Source: Candidatus Parcubacteria bacterium
GTDB taxonomy: Bacteria > Patescibacteriota > Minisyncoccia > Phycocordibacterales > Phycocordibacteraceae
NCBI GenBank assembly: GCA_034666125.1
Contig: JAXDML010000010.1
Location: 52,260-116,259 of the forward strand
Length of the DNA stretch: 64,000 nucleotides
Direction of reading: 5' to 3'
The notes under the pieces: model-generated
What the model was told of the DNA's origin: nothing
Databases searched by the model: none
Seen by the model: the letters and a program-made list of their open reading frames with translations, nothing else
Shown: positions 28,195 through 37,809 of the stretch, piece by piece
Layout: every line of letters begins with the position of its first letter
Numbering within the stretch: the stretch's first letter is position 1
Translations under genes and position numbers: made by a program

Positions 28195-29187
28195 CTAGAA
28201 CTCCGAAAGCCTATACTCCGGCGGCGCGGCATGCAGATATCCTTCGAGCTGCGCGCGCGTAAGCAGTCCCTTCTGCGCGCCGACCTCCTGCACTACGGCC
28301 ATGGAATTGACCGGTCCCCAGAGGAGCGCTTCCTCGAGCGGCACGCTTGCGGCAATCGCGCTCGTGACGGTGGATGCGAATGCGTCTCCCGCACCCGTGC
28401 GCTCATAGGGTCCTCGCACGTCCGGATACATCGGAATGCGCAGCCGCTTATTTCCCGCAAGCGCATACGCGCCGTTGGTGCCGTCGGTGATGACGACGAT
28501 GGCGGGACCCAGGTCGCGGATGCCTTGCAGAAGCATCTCGATCGGGGGGACGGACGATAGCTCAAGGATACGTGCCGCCTCCTCCTTGTTGCAGAAGAAA
28601 AGGTCCGTTCGTTTGTATAACGGCAGGAGTGCGTCCACGCCGAGCTTCATCTGGAACGTGCCCGGCTGGAAGGCGAGGCGCGTGTTCGGCACGGTGTCGA
28701 GGAGACGCATAAGAGCCTGGTGATAGGGGAGAGAATTCGCGGCGAGTGAAGAGAGGTAGATCCACTTCGGCTCGTGGTCGAGGACGGGCACCTGATACGA
28801 GAATTCCTCGTGCTTCACGAGGATCGTGCGCTCGTTGCCGTACCAGAGGACGTAGTGGTAGTTCGTTAACTTGCCGCGCTCGGTGACCATGTAGTCCGTG
28901 CGGACGCCTTCGCGGGCGAGTACGTCGAGGCACTCCGGTCCGTACCGGTCGTCGCCCACGTACGCGCGGAGCGCCGACGTAAGACCAAGCCTCGCAGCCG
29001 CCACCGCCGCGTTCGAGGCGTTCCCGACCGCAGGCACCAGGGTTGCGCTCTCATAAGGGATCTTGTCGCCGAAGCGCATGCAGATCGTACAGGTGCCCGC
29101 GTCCATATTGCAGTGCGTCTCCGCGTCTTTAAGCTTGATGAAGGGCTCGGTGACAATGTCGCCAATGGCCAGAAAATCGAGTTCCAT
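28195..29187 (-). CDS. PfkB-family carbohydrate kinase
   Basis: GNASNAA, NKEEA, ITDG..GA, ERTGAGDAF; start ATG 29187 is 6 nt after TATACT. Confidence 0.92.
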   Translation of the reverse strand: MELDFLAIGDIVTEPFIKLKDAETHCNMDAGTCTICMRFGDKIPYESATLVPAVGNASNAAVAAARLGLTSALRAYVGDDRYGPECLDVLAREGVRTDYMVTERGKLTNYHYVLWYGNERTILVKHEEFSYQVPVLDHEPKWIYLSSLAANSLPYHQALMRLLDTVPNTRLAFQPGTFQMKLGVDALLPLYKRTDLFFCNKEEAARILELSSVPPIEMLLQGIRDLGPAIVVITDGTNGAYALAGNKRLRIPMYPDVRGPYERTGAGDAFASTVTSAIAASVPLEEALLWGPVNSMAVVQEVGAQKGLLTRAQLEGYLHAAPPEYRLSEF

Positions 29188-29239
29188 GTTCGCAGTATAG
29201 CAGCGAAGCCCGCTTCCATATGCGCTATACTCTCCGTAC

Positions 29240-30235
29240 ATGCTTGACCTTTCAGATATCGCACAGCGGCTTGTTGCGCCAGGGAAGGGAATCTTAGCTG
29301 CCGATGAAAGCGACGAGAGCGCAGACAAGCGGCTTGCCTCGTACGGCATAGGCAAGGGAGAGGAAATGCACCGGAAGTTCCGGGAGCTCTTTCTCGATAC
29401 TCCCGAGATCGAAGACTATCTTTCGGGAGTCATTCTCTATAAAGAGACGCTGTACCAGAAGGACGACCAGGGTATTCGCTTCGAGGAAGGGCTGCGCGCG
29501 CGCGGCATCCTCCCCGGCATCAAGGTGGACGAGGGTCTCGAACCCTTCCCGGAGAGCCCGAAGGAGTCCATCACGAACGGGCTGCTCGGACTTTCCGACC
29601 GCCTCCTTATATATAAGATGAAGCACGATACGGGCTTCACTAAGTGGCGCGCGGCCATAACCATCGAGGGCGATTCGCTCCCGACCCAGCAGGCCATACA
29701 CGAGAACGCGAAGCGCCTCGCCGCGTATGCCCAGTGCGTGCAGCACGCCGGCATGGTGCCCATACTCGAGCCGGAGGTGCTCTTGGAAGGGAAGCACAGC
29801 CGCGTGCGCTCGCGCGAAGTGCTCACGAACGTGCTCGAGACCCTGGTGGCCGCGCTCGAGGACCGCGCGGTGGACATGAGCGCCGTCATCGTGAAGACGG
29901 CGATGGCCATCTCCGGGAACAAGAGCGGGCGCATGGATGCGCCCGAGGAGGTCGCGCAGGATACCGTCGCCGCGCTCATGGAGGCCGTGCCCGCGCAGGT
30001 CCCCGGCATCGTGTTCCTGTCGGGCGGACAGACCCCCGACCAGGCGACCCGGAACCTTGCAGCGATAACCAGGGAAGCGCGCGCGAAGCATGCGCCCTGG
30101 CCCCTCACCTTCAGCTACTCGCGCGCGCTCCAGGACGAGGCGCTGGCTATATGGAAAGGGAAGGACGAGAACGTCCCTGCCGCGCGCGAAGCATTCCTCG
30201 CACGCCTCAAGCAGGTCGCCGAGGCGATTGCCTAA
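29240..30235 (+). CDS. Class I fructose-bisphosphate aldolase
   Basis: GKGILAADES, GIKVD, KWR, VPILEPEV, FLSGGQ, TFSYSRALQ. Confidence 0.95.
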   Translation: MLDLSDIAQRLVAPGKGILAADESDESADKRLASYGIGKGEEMHRKFRELFLDTPEIEDYLSGVILYKETLYQKDDQGIRFEEGLRARGILPGIKVDEGLEPFPESPKESITNGLLGLSDRLLIYKMKHDTGFTKWRAAITIEGDSLPTQQAIHENAKRLAAYAQCVQHAGMVPILEPEVLLEGKHSRVRSREVLTNVLETLVAALEDRAVDMSAVIVKTAMAISGNKSGRMDAPEEVAQDTVAALMEAVPAQVPGIVFLSGGQTPDQATRNLAAITREARAKHAPWPLTFSYSRALQDEALAIWKGKDENVPAAREAFLARLKQVAEAIA

Positions 30236-30247
30236 CAGGCTACAGAC

Positions 30248-30276
30248 TTGCCCGAAAGCGCGCTTTCGGGCATACT
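30248..30276 (+). promoter_or_regulatory. rplY promoter overlapped by a perfect 24-bp palindrome
   Basis: TTGCCC (30248) -17 nt- CATACT (30271); palindrome TGCCCGAAAGCG/CGCTTTCGGGCA at 30249-30272. Confidence 0.55.
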
Positions 30277-30285
30277 CTCCCAATC

Positions 30286-30933
30286 ATGACCATTACGCTC
30301 AACGCTACGAAGCGCCAGGAGATCGGCAGGGCTTCCCGGAAACTCGCCGCTGACGACCGGATGCCGGCCATCGTATACGGGCCGAAACAGAAGGCCGAAG
30401 CCATAACGCTCTCGGTTCCGGAATTCAAGAAAGTGCTCCGCGACGCGGGAGAGTCCTCCGTCATAGAACTCAAGGGCTTGGGCAGCACGCTCCAGGTGCT
30501 CATCCACGAAGTGGACCGCGACCCGGTGACGACCATACCGCGCCACGCCGACCTGTACGCCATCGAGAAAGGCGCGAAGGTGGAAGTGGCGGTGCCGCTC
30601 ACGTTCGCCGGCGAATCCTTCGCAGTAAAGACCGGCGCCAACCTGGTGAAGGTCATGCACGAGCTTCCGATCGAGGCAGAAGCTGCGGATCTCCCGCACG
30701 AGATCGAGGTGGATATTTCAGTATTGAATGCCGTAGGCGACCAGATACACGTAAAGGACCTCAAGCTGCCCAAGGGAGTCATCGCGCAAGTGGAGGAAGA
30801 CGAGGTCGTCGCGCTCATCCAGGAAGTCGAGGTAGAGGCCGAGGAGGAGACCGCCGCGCCGGACATGGCCGCCATCGAGGTGGAGCAGAAGGGCAAGGAA
30901 GAGGGAGCGGAGGAGAAGAAGGAGGGAGAATAG
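30286..30933 (+). CDS. rplY: 50S ribosomal protein L25/Ctc
   Basis: MPAIVYG, DPVT..PRHADLY, VEVAVPL, LPHEIEVDIS, acidic tail; real start ATG 30286. Confidence 0.93.
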   Translation: MTITLNATKRQEIGRASRKLAADDRMPAIVYGPKQKAEAITLSVPEFKKVLRDAGESSVIELKGLGSTLQVLIHEVDRDPVTTIPRHADLYAIEKGAKVEVAVPLTFAGESFAVKTGANLVKVMHELPIEAEAADLPHEIEVDISVLNAVGDQIHVKDLKLPKGVIAQVEEDEVVALIQEVEVEAEEETAAPDMAAIEVEQKGKEEGAEEKKEGE

Positions 30934-30944
30934 CCTATACGTGC

Positions 30945-30986
30945 TGAAGCGAAAAGCCGCGGGTTCACCCACGGCTTTTCGCTTCA
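30945..30986. terminator. Terminator-like hairpin after rplY
   Basis: TGAAGCGAAAAGCCG...CGGCTTTTCGCTTCA. Confidence 0.75.
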
Positions 30987-31028
30987 TGAAGTAAATCCGG
31001 TCCGTTTTGCGGCGTCTGATATACTGAC

Positions 31029-32387
31029 ATGCATATGTTATTTGTTCGCCGGCACCCGCTCCTCGCTGCTGCTGCGCTCGGTACCATCCTTCTTTCCGTA
31101 GCGCTCGTGACGCCGCTTTTCACGAATGCGCAGGTCGCCACGGGCGAGCGCAGAGCCGAACTTCAGCGGCAGTTGAACGAGATAGAGGCGCAGATACGGC
31201 AGACCGATACCGTCATCACGGGACTCCAGGGTGAGGGCATGTCCCTGCAGCGCGACATCAACGTCCTCGACGGACAGATCAAGAAGACCCGCCTCCAGAT
31301 ACAGGCGACCGACATCGCCATCTCGGCGCTCTCCGAGAATATCGTGCTCCACTCGAGCGCGATCAATACCCTGACGGACCAGCTTGGCGAACAGAAGGAA
31401 GGGCTCGCCGAGATCATCCGCCAGACCCAGCACTATGACGATTACTCGCTCATCGAGGTGGTCCTCTCGACCGAGGATGTATCGGAGTTCTTCGGTGACC
31501 TCGATTCCTTCGCGAGCCTGAAGACAGCCATCGGGGAGTCGTCGCGCGTGCTTGCGAGCACGCGCTCCGCGACGGAAGTCGAGAAGGACGGGCTTGAGAC
31601 GCAGCGAAGCCAGCAGGAGGAGCTCCGCCAGCTGCGCGTTCTCGAGGAAGCGCAGGTGAAGCGGCAGGAAGCGGAAAAGGCGCGGCTCTTGTCGCTCAAT
31701 AAGAACGAGCAGGCGCGGTACCAGGGCACCCGGTCGGCGCTCGAGCGTTCGGCCGCGCAGATCCGCGCGGAGCTGTTCGGCCTTGCCGGAGGCGGCGGCG
31801 CCATCCCGTTCGGAACCGCGTACGAGCACGCGAAGACCGCATCGCGCATCACGGGAGTCCGCCCGGCGATGATACTCGCCATCCTCTCGCAGGAGTCGGA
31901 CCTCGGCCGCAACGTCGGCCAGTGTTACATTACGAGCCTCGTAACGGGCGACGGGAAGGGGAAGAATACCGGCACGCCGTTCTCGGGCACGATGAAGGTG
32001 CCGCGCGATACCGTACCGTTCGAGCGCATCATGAATGCGCTCGGCCGCGACTGGTCGACCACCCCGGTCTCATGTCCTCAGCCAGGCGGGTACGGCGGAG
32101 CCATGGGCCCGACCCAGTTCATCCCGTCAACGTGGGCAGTCTACGAGCCGCGCATCAGGAGTTCGCTCGGCGTCGCCGCGACCGACCCTTGGAATCCGCT
32201 TCATGCCATCGTCGCCACCGGCCTCTACCTGGCCGACGTCGGAGCCGCAGGCGGCTCCGAGCACACCGCAGCCGCGAAATACTACGCGGGAGGCAACTGG
32301 GCTTCGGCAGGACAGGTCTACGCCGGAAGCGTCATGAGCAAGGCCGCCGCCTTCCAGGCCGATATCGATACCCTCGAAGGAGAATAG
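31029..32387 (+). CDS. Secreted coiled-coil + lytic murein transglycosylase (SLT_2/MltB-like)
   Basis: Signal peptide, PcsB/CwlO-like coiled coil, AILSQES, GGAMGPTQFIPSTW, DPWN; start may be ATG 31035. Confidence 0.88.
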   Translation: MHMLFVRRHPLLAAAALGTILLSVALVTPLFTNAQVATGERRAELQRQLNEIEAQIRQTDTVITGLQGEGMSLQRDINVLDGQIKKTRLQIQATDIAISALSENIVLHSSAINTLTDQLGEQKEGLAEIIRQTQHYDDYSLIEVVLSTEDVSEFFGDLDSFASLKTAIGESSRVLASTRSATEVEKDGLETQRSQQEELRQLRVLEEAQVKRQEAEKARLLSLNKNEQARYQGTRSALERSAAQIRAELFGLAGGGGAIPFGTAYEHAKTASRITGVRPAMILAILSQESDLGRNVGQCYITSLVTGDGKGKNTGTPFSGTMKVPRDTVPFERIMNALGRDWSTTPVSCPQPGGYGGAMGPTQFIPSTWAVYEPRIRSSLGVAATDPWNPLHAIVATGLYLADVGAAGGSEHTAAAKYYAGGNWASAGQVYAGSVMSKAAAFQADIDTLEGE

Positions 32388-32467
32388 GAGCGCGCTAAAA
32401 CACCTAACTACGGCCTTGTCCACACAGGGCGCCCTGTTTTTCTTGGCCTCTCCCGTATGGGTGTATC

Positions 32468-33430
32468 ATGAGCCTATATATGGATACCCCTACAACCATT
32501 ACCCCCGCCGCAAGCCAGCATTCGAAATTCCCCCTCACTCCTATCCAGCGCCGCTCGCTCGCCATCGTCGTTCTCATCGCCGCAGTCGCCCTCATCGGAT
32601 ACTTCGCCTACCGTCACTGGCAGGGATCACAACTGGTCCCTGCGGGCCAGATGGTCACGATCGCGTCCGACGGTCTCCCGCTCGCCGCGATGCAGCGGAT
32701 CGATTTGGAAGACGGATCGCTCGTGCCGCTCAATACCGAAGGGCAGGGAACGGCGGTCGTCCTGGACGCCGCGCATACCGATGCCAAGGGCTACTACCTC
32801 ATAGGGGATCCCGGCTTCAGCCGTTCGAATCTGTACCGCCAGGACCGTGAGAATCCGGGCGTAGGACTCGAGGAACTCACGCACTCGACGACCCTCAAGT
32901 TCGATCTGGCATACGACGATCTTTCGGGCGTCGCCGCGTACGTGTCCGTGCCGGAAGCCGGTGGGGACGGCCATATAACGGTATGGAGCCCGCTCACGAA
33001 GAAGGAAACGGACATCGGCGCCGGCATGCATCCGGTCCTGCTTCCGGGCGGATTCTTCGTCGTCCTCGAGCGGGACGGGAAGGTGATGTCCGTAAATGTA
33101 GAGACAGGGGAGGCCTACGAGCTGCTTTCGCTCGCGCCGGACGCGGTCTTCGCGGTCGACGCTCAGAATATGAAACTCGCGCTGTACGTTCCGGCCCTAG
33201 GGACGATCCAGCAGTTCTCGATAGCCAACAGCGTCGGGGCGAGCTTCGAGTCCGCCATCCAGGCGCCGTCCGCGCCCGGCGAGATGGCGTTCTCGGGCGG
33301 GGCGCTCGTGACCGGCACTATCGACGCCGGGACCGGCGAGCTCGTCCTCGCGCGGGGCGACGAGACGTTCCGGGTACATCCGCCCGCGCCGTTGCCGGGC
33401 GATTACAAGCTTTCGATACTCCATGACTAA
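32468..33430 (+). CDS. Membrane-anchored beta-rich (propeller-like) hypothetical protein
   Basis: N-terminal TM LAIVVLIAAVALIGYFAY, then beta-strand-rich ectodomain; overlaps next gene. Confidence 0.65.
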   Translation: MSLYMDTPTTITPAASQHSKFPLTPIQRRSLAIVVLIAAVALIGYFAYRHWQGSQLVPAGQMVTIASDGLPLAAMQRIDLEDGSLVPLNTEGQGTAVVLDAAHTDAKGYYLIGDPGFSRSNLYRQDRENPGVGLEELTHSTTLKFDLAYDDLSGVAAYVSVPEAGGDGHITVWSPLTKKETDIGAGMHPVLLPGGFFVVLERDGKVMSVNVETGEAYELLSLAPDAVFAVDAQNMKLALYVPALGTIQQFSIANSVGASFESAIQAPSAPGEMAFSGGALVTGTIDAGTGELVLARGDETFRVHPPAPLPGDYKLSILHD

Positions 33431-35720
33431 GACCCACGTTATCTCTTCGACACGGCGCTTGCTGCCTTTTGCTCTCGTATTCGCTTTCGGACTTTTCCTA
33501 TGCGTGGCGTATGCACACGCGCAGGGCGGTAAGAACGTCTCCCTTAACGCGAATCCTCCATCGAGCTCGCCGGGCGCTCCGGTCACCCTCTCGTGGAGCG
33601 CCTCGCCCCCGATGGACCCCGTGACTGGCGAGACTCCCAATTGCGTCGGGACCGGCTTCTCGACCGGAGGCGCACGAAACGGGAGCGTGACAGTCAACCC
33701 TACGGTGACGACGACCTATAGCGTGAACTGCTACAGCATCACCAGAACCGCGACGGTGACCATCTCGAGCAATCCGCCTACGGTCAGCATGTCCGCGAAT
33801 CCGACCTCCTTGATATACGGCAATTCGGCCACCCTTTCGTGGTCTTCGACCAACGCGACGTCATGCACCAATGTCGTCGACCAGCACACCGGACAGGCCT
33901 ATGCGACGAATGGCGCGACGAGTGGATCGGTATCGGTAACGCCGAGCGCCAGCGCGAGCAGCAACCGAACCTACAGCATCACCTGCAGCGGTTCCGGCGG
34001 AAGCATAGGGACGCAAGTGACTATAACCACTCAGCACGGCGCAGGCGTGCAGCTCTACGTGAACCCGTCCTCGATCCAGACCGGCAACTCGGCAAGCCTC
34101 GCCTGGTCGTCGCAGTACGCCACGTCCTGCACCGGCACGAACTTCTCGACCGGGGGAGCGACATCCGGCAACGTGTCCGTCTCGCCGACCCAGACGACGA
34201 CCTATTCCGTCACCTGCACCGGAAATCAGGGCAGTACGGCCTCCGACTCGAAAGTGCTCGGCGTCAACGCGCCGCCCATCGGCGTGAGCTGTTCCGTAAA
34301 CCCGTCGCCCGGCCGGGTCAACCAGCCGGTCACCTGGTTCGCAAGCGCGTGGGGCGGCACCTCGCCGTATTCGTACTCATGGATCGGCGACCTGCTCACC
34401 GGCCTCACGGGTTCGAGCGTCCAGGCCACCTATGACTCACCCGGCAGCAAGAACGCCATCGTCGAGGTGACCGACTCCTCGTCGACCGGCGCGAGTGGCT
34501 GGGCTTCGGCCTCGTATGACAATCAGCGCTGCACCGGACCCGCGATCGACAGTGACTCGTTCACGCAGGATGGCGGTACGACAGGCAATGCGAGCGGCGT
34601 CGCGAAGTCCTGGGCGCGGTCCAAGATCAACGATCCGAACTTCGGCCCGGCTGACTTCCATGTGAATCCCCAGAACTACTGCATGCAGGCGCACACGGCA
34701 CAGGGCTGCAACCCGAACGGGACCGGCTTCGGCGCCGGTACCTGTCCGCACAGCGTTGAGGTGTCGCTCCATAGCGGCAACGGTCGCCGCGCCACGAACT
34801 CCTCGGACTATCAGGTCGTGAACGGGTGGACCGTCGATAAGTACTGGGGAGTGGTCATATACGACGGTACGCAGACATCTTCCAGCGCGCAGACTGTGAG
34901 CTACCAGTGCCCGGTCCTCACGGTCAACCCCCCGGACGCGCCCACGGCGACCCTGTCGGCGAACCCGATCTCGGTCGTGCAGGGGAGTTCCTCCACGCTC
35001 ACCTGGTCGTCGACCAATGCGACGTCCTGCAGCATCGACCATGGCGTCGGCTCGGTGACTCCCAACACGACCGGCACCAGCTCGGTCACGCCCGCCGCGA
35101 CCACGCTCTATACGCTCACCTGCAACGGGACCGGGGGTACGGCCACTGCGGCGGTGACCGTTTCGGTGACCACGACTCCGGAAGATCCGGAAGACCCAGA
35201 TGATCCGGGCCCGCTTCTTTCCTGTGCGGTATCGAGCCAGAGCGTGAACGTCGGCCAGTCGGTAACGTATACCGCTTCGGGAGCTTCGGCACCCTATATC
35301 TGGACGCCTGCGGACGGCGTCGGCAGCTACGGCACCGGAGATACGGCGAACCGCACGTTCACCGGCGTCGGCAGCTTCGGTATGACCGTGTCGAAATCCG
35401 GCTATACGAGCGGCAACTGTCCGGTCGTAGCCGTCGGTCCGGTCGCTTGCGGCACCGCCGATGTCACCATCACCGCAAGTCCCAACCGCGTCCGCGAAGG
35501 CCAGACATCAACCATCTCCTGGACCGCGTCGAAGGTCGACTCTTCCTGCACCATCACCGGTCCGGGCGTGAGCCAGGCCCTGGGCACCTCCTGCGCCCTT
35601 CAGAGCGGCCAGGCCACGCCGACCATCTCCAAACAGAGCGTATATACGATCAGGTGCGACGACGGGGAAGCGAGCGCGCAAGCGATCGTGAACCTCATCC
35701 CGAAGTTCATCGAGTTCTAG
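33423..35720 (+). CDS. Secreted protein with tandem Cys-containing Ig/PKD-like repeats
   Basis: Signal peptide; repeated ANP...TL(S/T)WSS.NATSC...G...V.P..TTTY...C. Confidence 0.85.
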   Translation: MTKTHVISSTRRLLPFALVFAFGLFLCVAYAHAQGGKNVSLNANPPSSSPGAPVTLSWSASPPMDPVTGETPNCVGTGFSTGGARNGSVTVNPTVTTTYSVNCYSITRTATVTISSNPPTVSMSANPTSLIYGNSATLSWSSTNATSCTNVVDQHTGQAYATNGATSGSVSVTPSASASSNRTYSITCSGSGGSIGTQVTITTQHGAGVQLYVNPSSIQTGNSASLAWSSQYATSCTGTNFSTGGATSGNVSVSPTQTTTYSVTCTGNQGSTASDSKVLGVNAPPIGVSCSVNPSPGRVNQPVTWFASAWGGTSPYSYSWIGDLLTGLTGSSVQATYDSPGSKNAIVEVTDSSSTGASGWASASYDNQRCTGPAIDSDSFTQDGGTTGNASGVAKSWARSKINDPNFGPADFHVNPQNYCMQAHTAQGCNPNGTGFGAGTCPHSVEVSLHSGNGRRATNSSDYQVVNGWTVDKYWGVVIYDGTQTSSSAQTVSYQCPVLTVNPPDAPTATLSANPISVVQGSSSTLTWSSTNATSCSIDHGVGSVTPNTTGTSSVTPAATTLYTLTCNGTGGTATAAVTVSVTTTPEDPEDPDDPGPLLSCAVSSQSVNVGQSVTYTASGASAPYIWTPADGVGSYGTGDTANRTFTGVGSFGMTVSKSGYTSGNCPVVAVGPVACGTADVTITASPNRVREGQTSTISWTASKVDSSCTITGPGVSQALGTSCALQSGQATPTISKQSVYTIRCDDGEASAQAIVNLIPKFIEF

Positions 35721-35760
35721 GGCGTTTGCGGGGAAGCGGCTCATTTGCTATAGTCGCCGG

Positions 35761-36015
35761 ATGAAGAAAGACATCCATCCAGCCGATCATCGCCTGGTCA
35801 TCTTCGAGGACATGTCCTCGGGAAAGCAGTTCCTGGTAGGCTCGACTATCAAGACGAAGGAGACCGGCACCTTCGAAGGCAAGGAGTATCCGAAGGTCGT
35901 TGTCGAGATCTCCTCGGAATCCCATCCGTTCTATACCGGCGAGGACCGCACTCTCGACAAGACCGGACGCGTCGAGCGCTTCAAGCAGCGCGCCTCGAAG
36001 GCAGGGAAGAAATAA
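35761..36015 (+). CDS. rpmE: 50S ribosomal protein L31 (type B, Zn-free)
   Basis: MKKDIHP, EISSESHPFYTG, GRVERF. Confidence 0.96.
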   Translation: MKKDIHPADHRLVIFEDMSSGKQFLVGSTIKTKETGTFEGKEYPKVVVEISSESHPFYTGEDRTLDKTGRVERFKQRASKAGKK

Positions 36016-36026
36016 AAGAAGAGTAG

Positions 36027-36063
36027 AACGCAAAAAGCCGCAGGTTGCGGCTTTTTGCGTTTT
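36027..36063. terminator. Bidirectional terminator
   Basis: AACGCAAAAAGCCGCA-GGT-TGCGGCTTTTTGCGTT. Confidence 0.85.
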
Positions 36064-36216
36064 CGTGAGACACGAGCCACCTCAACTCTCATCAAGAATT
36101 AATGGAGACTAGGGCGGCTCCGAGCCCGCCGGCACGTAGTCACTATAAGAAATGCATGGTTATAGAATCTTGCCCGGAACATAGGTAAAAGCTGAGTTTT
36201 TGTTACTATTTACTGC

Positions 36217-37149
36217 ATGGAATACTCTCCAGAATTCAAGTCGAACCATAAGACCGCGTACCTTGCGGAGGAATACGAACGCCTCGAGCGGGACGTGCAG
36301 GGCGGTCGCACCGCGGCCGGCGGTGACGCGGTGCTGCTCGAACTCGCGGAAGAGGACGCTGAACGCGCGGAGACGCGCAAGAAGGAGATACTCGAAGAGA
36401 TAGCGCAGATCCTCAGCAAGGATAAGGAAGAGGAGTCGTTGCCGAAGGCGGTCGTGCTCGAGTTCCGCGCGGGGGCAGGCGGGGACGAAGCAAGCCTGTT
36501 TGCCGCGGAACTCCGCGATATGTACCAGAAATACGCCGAAGGAAAGAAGTGGAAGGTGCGCATGGTGGACGACGCGACGCTCGAGATAGAAGGCGCTGAC
36601 GCGTACACGGCGCTGCGCTATGAGACCGGCGTGCACCGCGTGCAGCGCACCCCCGTGACCGAGAAGATGGGACGCATCCACACTTCTACGGCCTCCGTCG
36701 CCGTACTGCCCATACGTACGAAGCCGAAGTTCGAGATCAATCCGGCCGACATCGAGATGGAATTCTCGCGTTCCGGAGGCGCGGGCGGCCAGAACGTGAA
36801 CAAGATCGAGAGCGCGGTCAGGCTCATCCATAAGCCGACGGGCATCGATGTACGCTCGACGAGCGAACGATCGCAGCTCGGCAACCGCGAGAAGGCCATG
36901 AGTATCCTCGCCGCGAAGCTCGAGACCTTATATGAAGAGGAAGAGGCGAAGAAGCACGCCGACCTCAGAAGTGGCCAGATCGGCACCGCCGACCGCTCCG
37001 AGAAGATACGCACCTACAACTTCCCGCAGGATCGCGTCACGGACCACCGCATCAAGGAATCCTGGCACAACCTGCCGAAGATCATGCTCGGCGCGATCGA
37101 TCCGATCGTAGAGGCGCTCGCCGCAGCGGGGAAGGAGAGCGCTAAATAA
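36217..37149 (+). CDS. prfA: Peptide chain release factor 1 (shortened)
   Basis: [18 protein letters not shown] (RF1 PxT), [18 protein letters not shown]. Confidence 0.95.
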   Translation: MEYSPEFKSNHKTAYLAEEYERLERDVQGGRTAAGGDAVLLELAEEDAERAETRKKEILEEIAQILSKDKEEESLPKAVVLEFRAGAGGDEASLFAAELRDMYQKYAEGKKWKVRMVDDATLEIEGADAYTALRYETGVHRVQRTPVTEKMGRIHTSTASVAVLPIRTKPKFEINPADIEMEFSRSGGAGGQNVNKIESAVRLIHKPTGIDVRSTSERSQLGNREKAMSILAAKLETLYEEEEAKKHADLRSGQIGTADRSEKIRTYNFPQDRVTDHRIKESWHNLPKIMLGAIDPIVEALAAAGKESAK

Positions 37150-37221
37150 CGAGATTCGAAACCTCGTCTCCCAGCAACCTTAAATAAGTATTCAAGGACT
37201 AGAACGGATCCGTTCTAGTCC

Positions 37222-37698
37222 TTAACCCCGTCGCGCTGCGTCAATAGCGGCTACGTCGATTTTCTTCATGGTCATCATCGCTTTAAAAGCGCGTTCTGCT
37301 TCTGCGCCACCAAGAGCAAGTGCCTCAATCAGCGTACGCGGCGTGATCTGCCATGATACTCCCCAGCGGTCCTTGCACCATCCACACTCACTCTCCTTAC
37401 CGCCATTCCCAACAATCGCGTTCCAATAGCGATCCGTCTCTTCCTGGTCTTCCGTTGCGATCTGAAAGGAAAATGCCTCACTTTGAGTAAACGTAGGGCC
37501 GCCATTCAGACCGATACAAGGAATTCCACAGACGGTGAACTCCACTGTTAGCACGTCGCCCTTCTTGCCACCCGGAAAGTCACTGGGAGCATGAAAAACA
37601 GCATTTACTTTACTATCAGGAAATGTAGCGGCGTAAAAACTCGCCGCGTCTTCCGCATCCTTATTAAACCAGAGGCAAATGGTATTTTTGGGTATCAT
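37222..37698 (-). CDS. VOC/PhnB-like (3-demethylubiquinone-9 3-methyltransferase family) protein
   Basis: ICLWF..DAE.AA.FY, LNGGP, CGWCKDRWGVSWQI; visibly more AT-rich than flanks. Confidence 0.9.
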   Translation of the reverse strand: MIPKNTICLWFNKDAEDAASFYAATFPDSKVNAVFHAPSDFPGGKKGDVLTVEFTVCGIPCIGLNGGPTFTQSEAFSFQIATEDQEETDRYWNAIVGNGGKESECGWCKDRWGVSWQITPRTLIEALALGGAEAERAFKAMMTMKKIDVAAIDAARRG

Positions 37699-37809
37699 GT
37701 TAGGTTATGTTTCCTTAAGTATAGCAATAAAAGTTCTAGCCTTGTCTCAGAGGACCAGGAATCAGGCCCATATTTGCAGGCCAATTAAGCCTGTGGTATC
37801 TTCTTTGGT

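Noticed and set aside
29644-30285. N-terminal extension of L25 (429-aa ORF)
   Set aside because: Overlaps fba in another frame; a promoter and ATG at 30286 define the real start. Same logic applies to the 53440, 23370, 29355 and 60737 starts
36064-36200. Small ORF or ncRNA between rpmE and prfA
   Set aside because: Only a short GC hairpin and a featureless 28-codon ORF; not enough support
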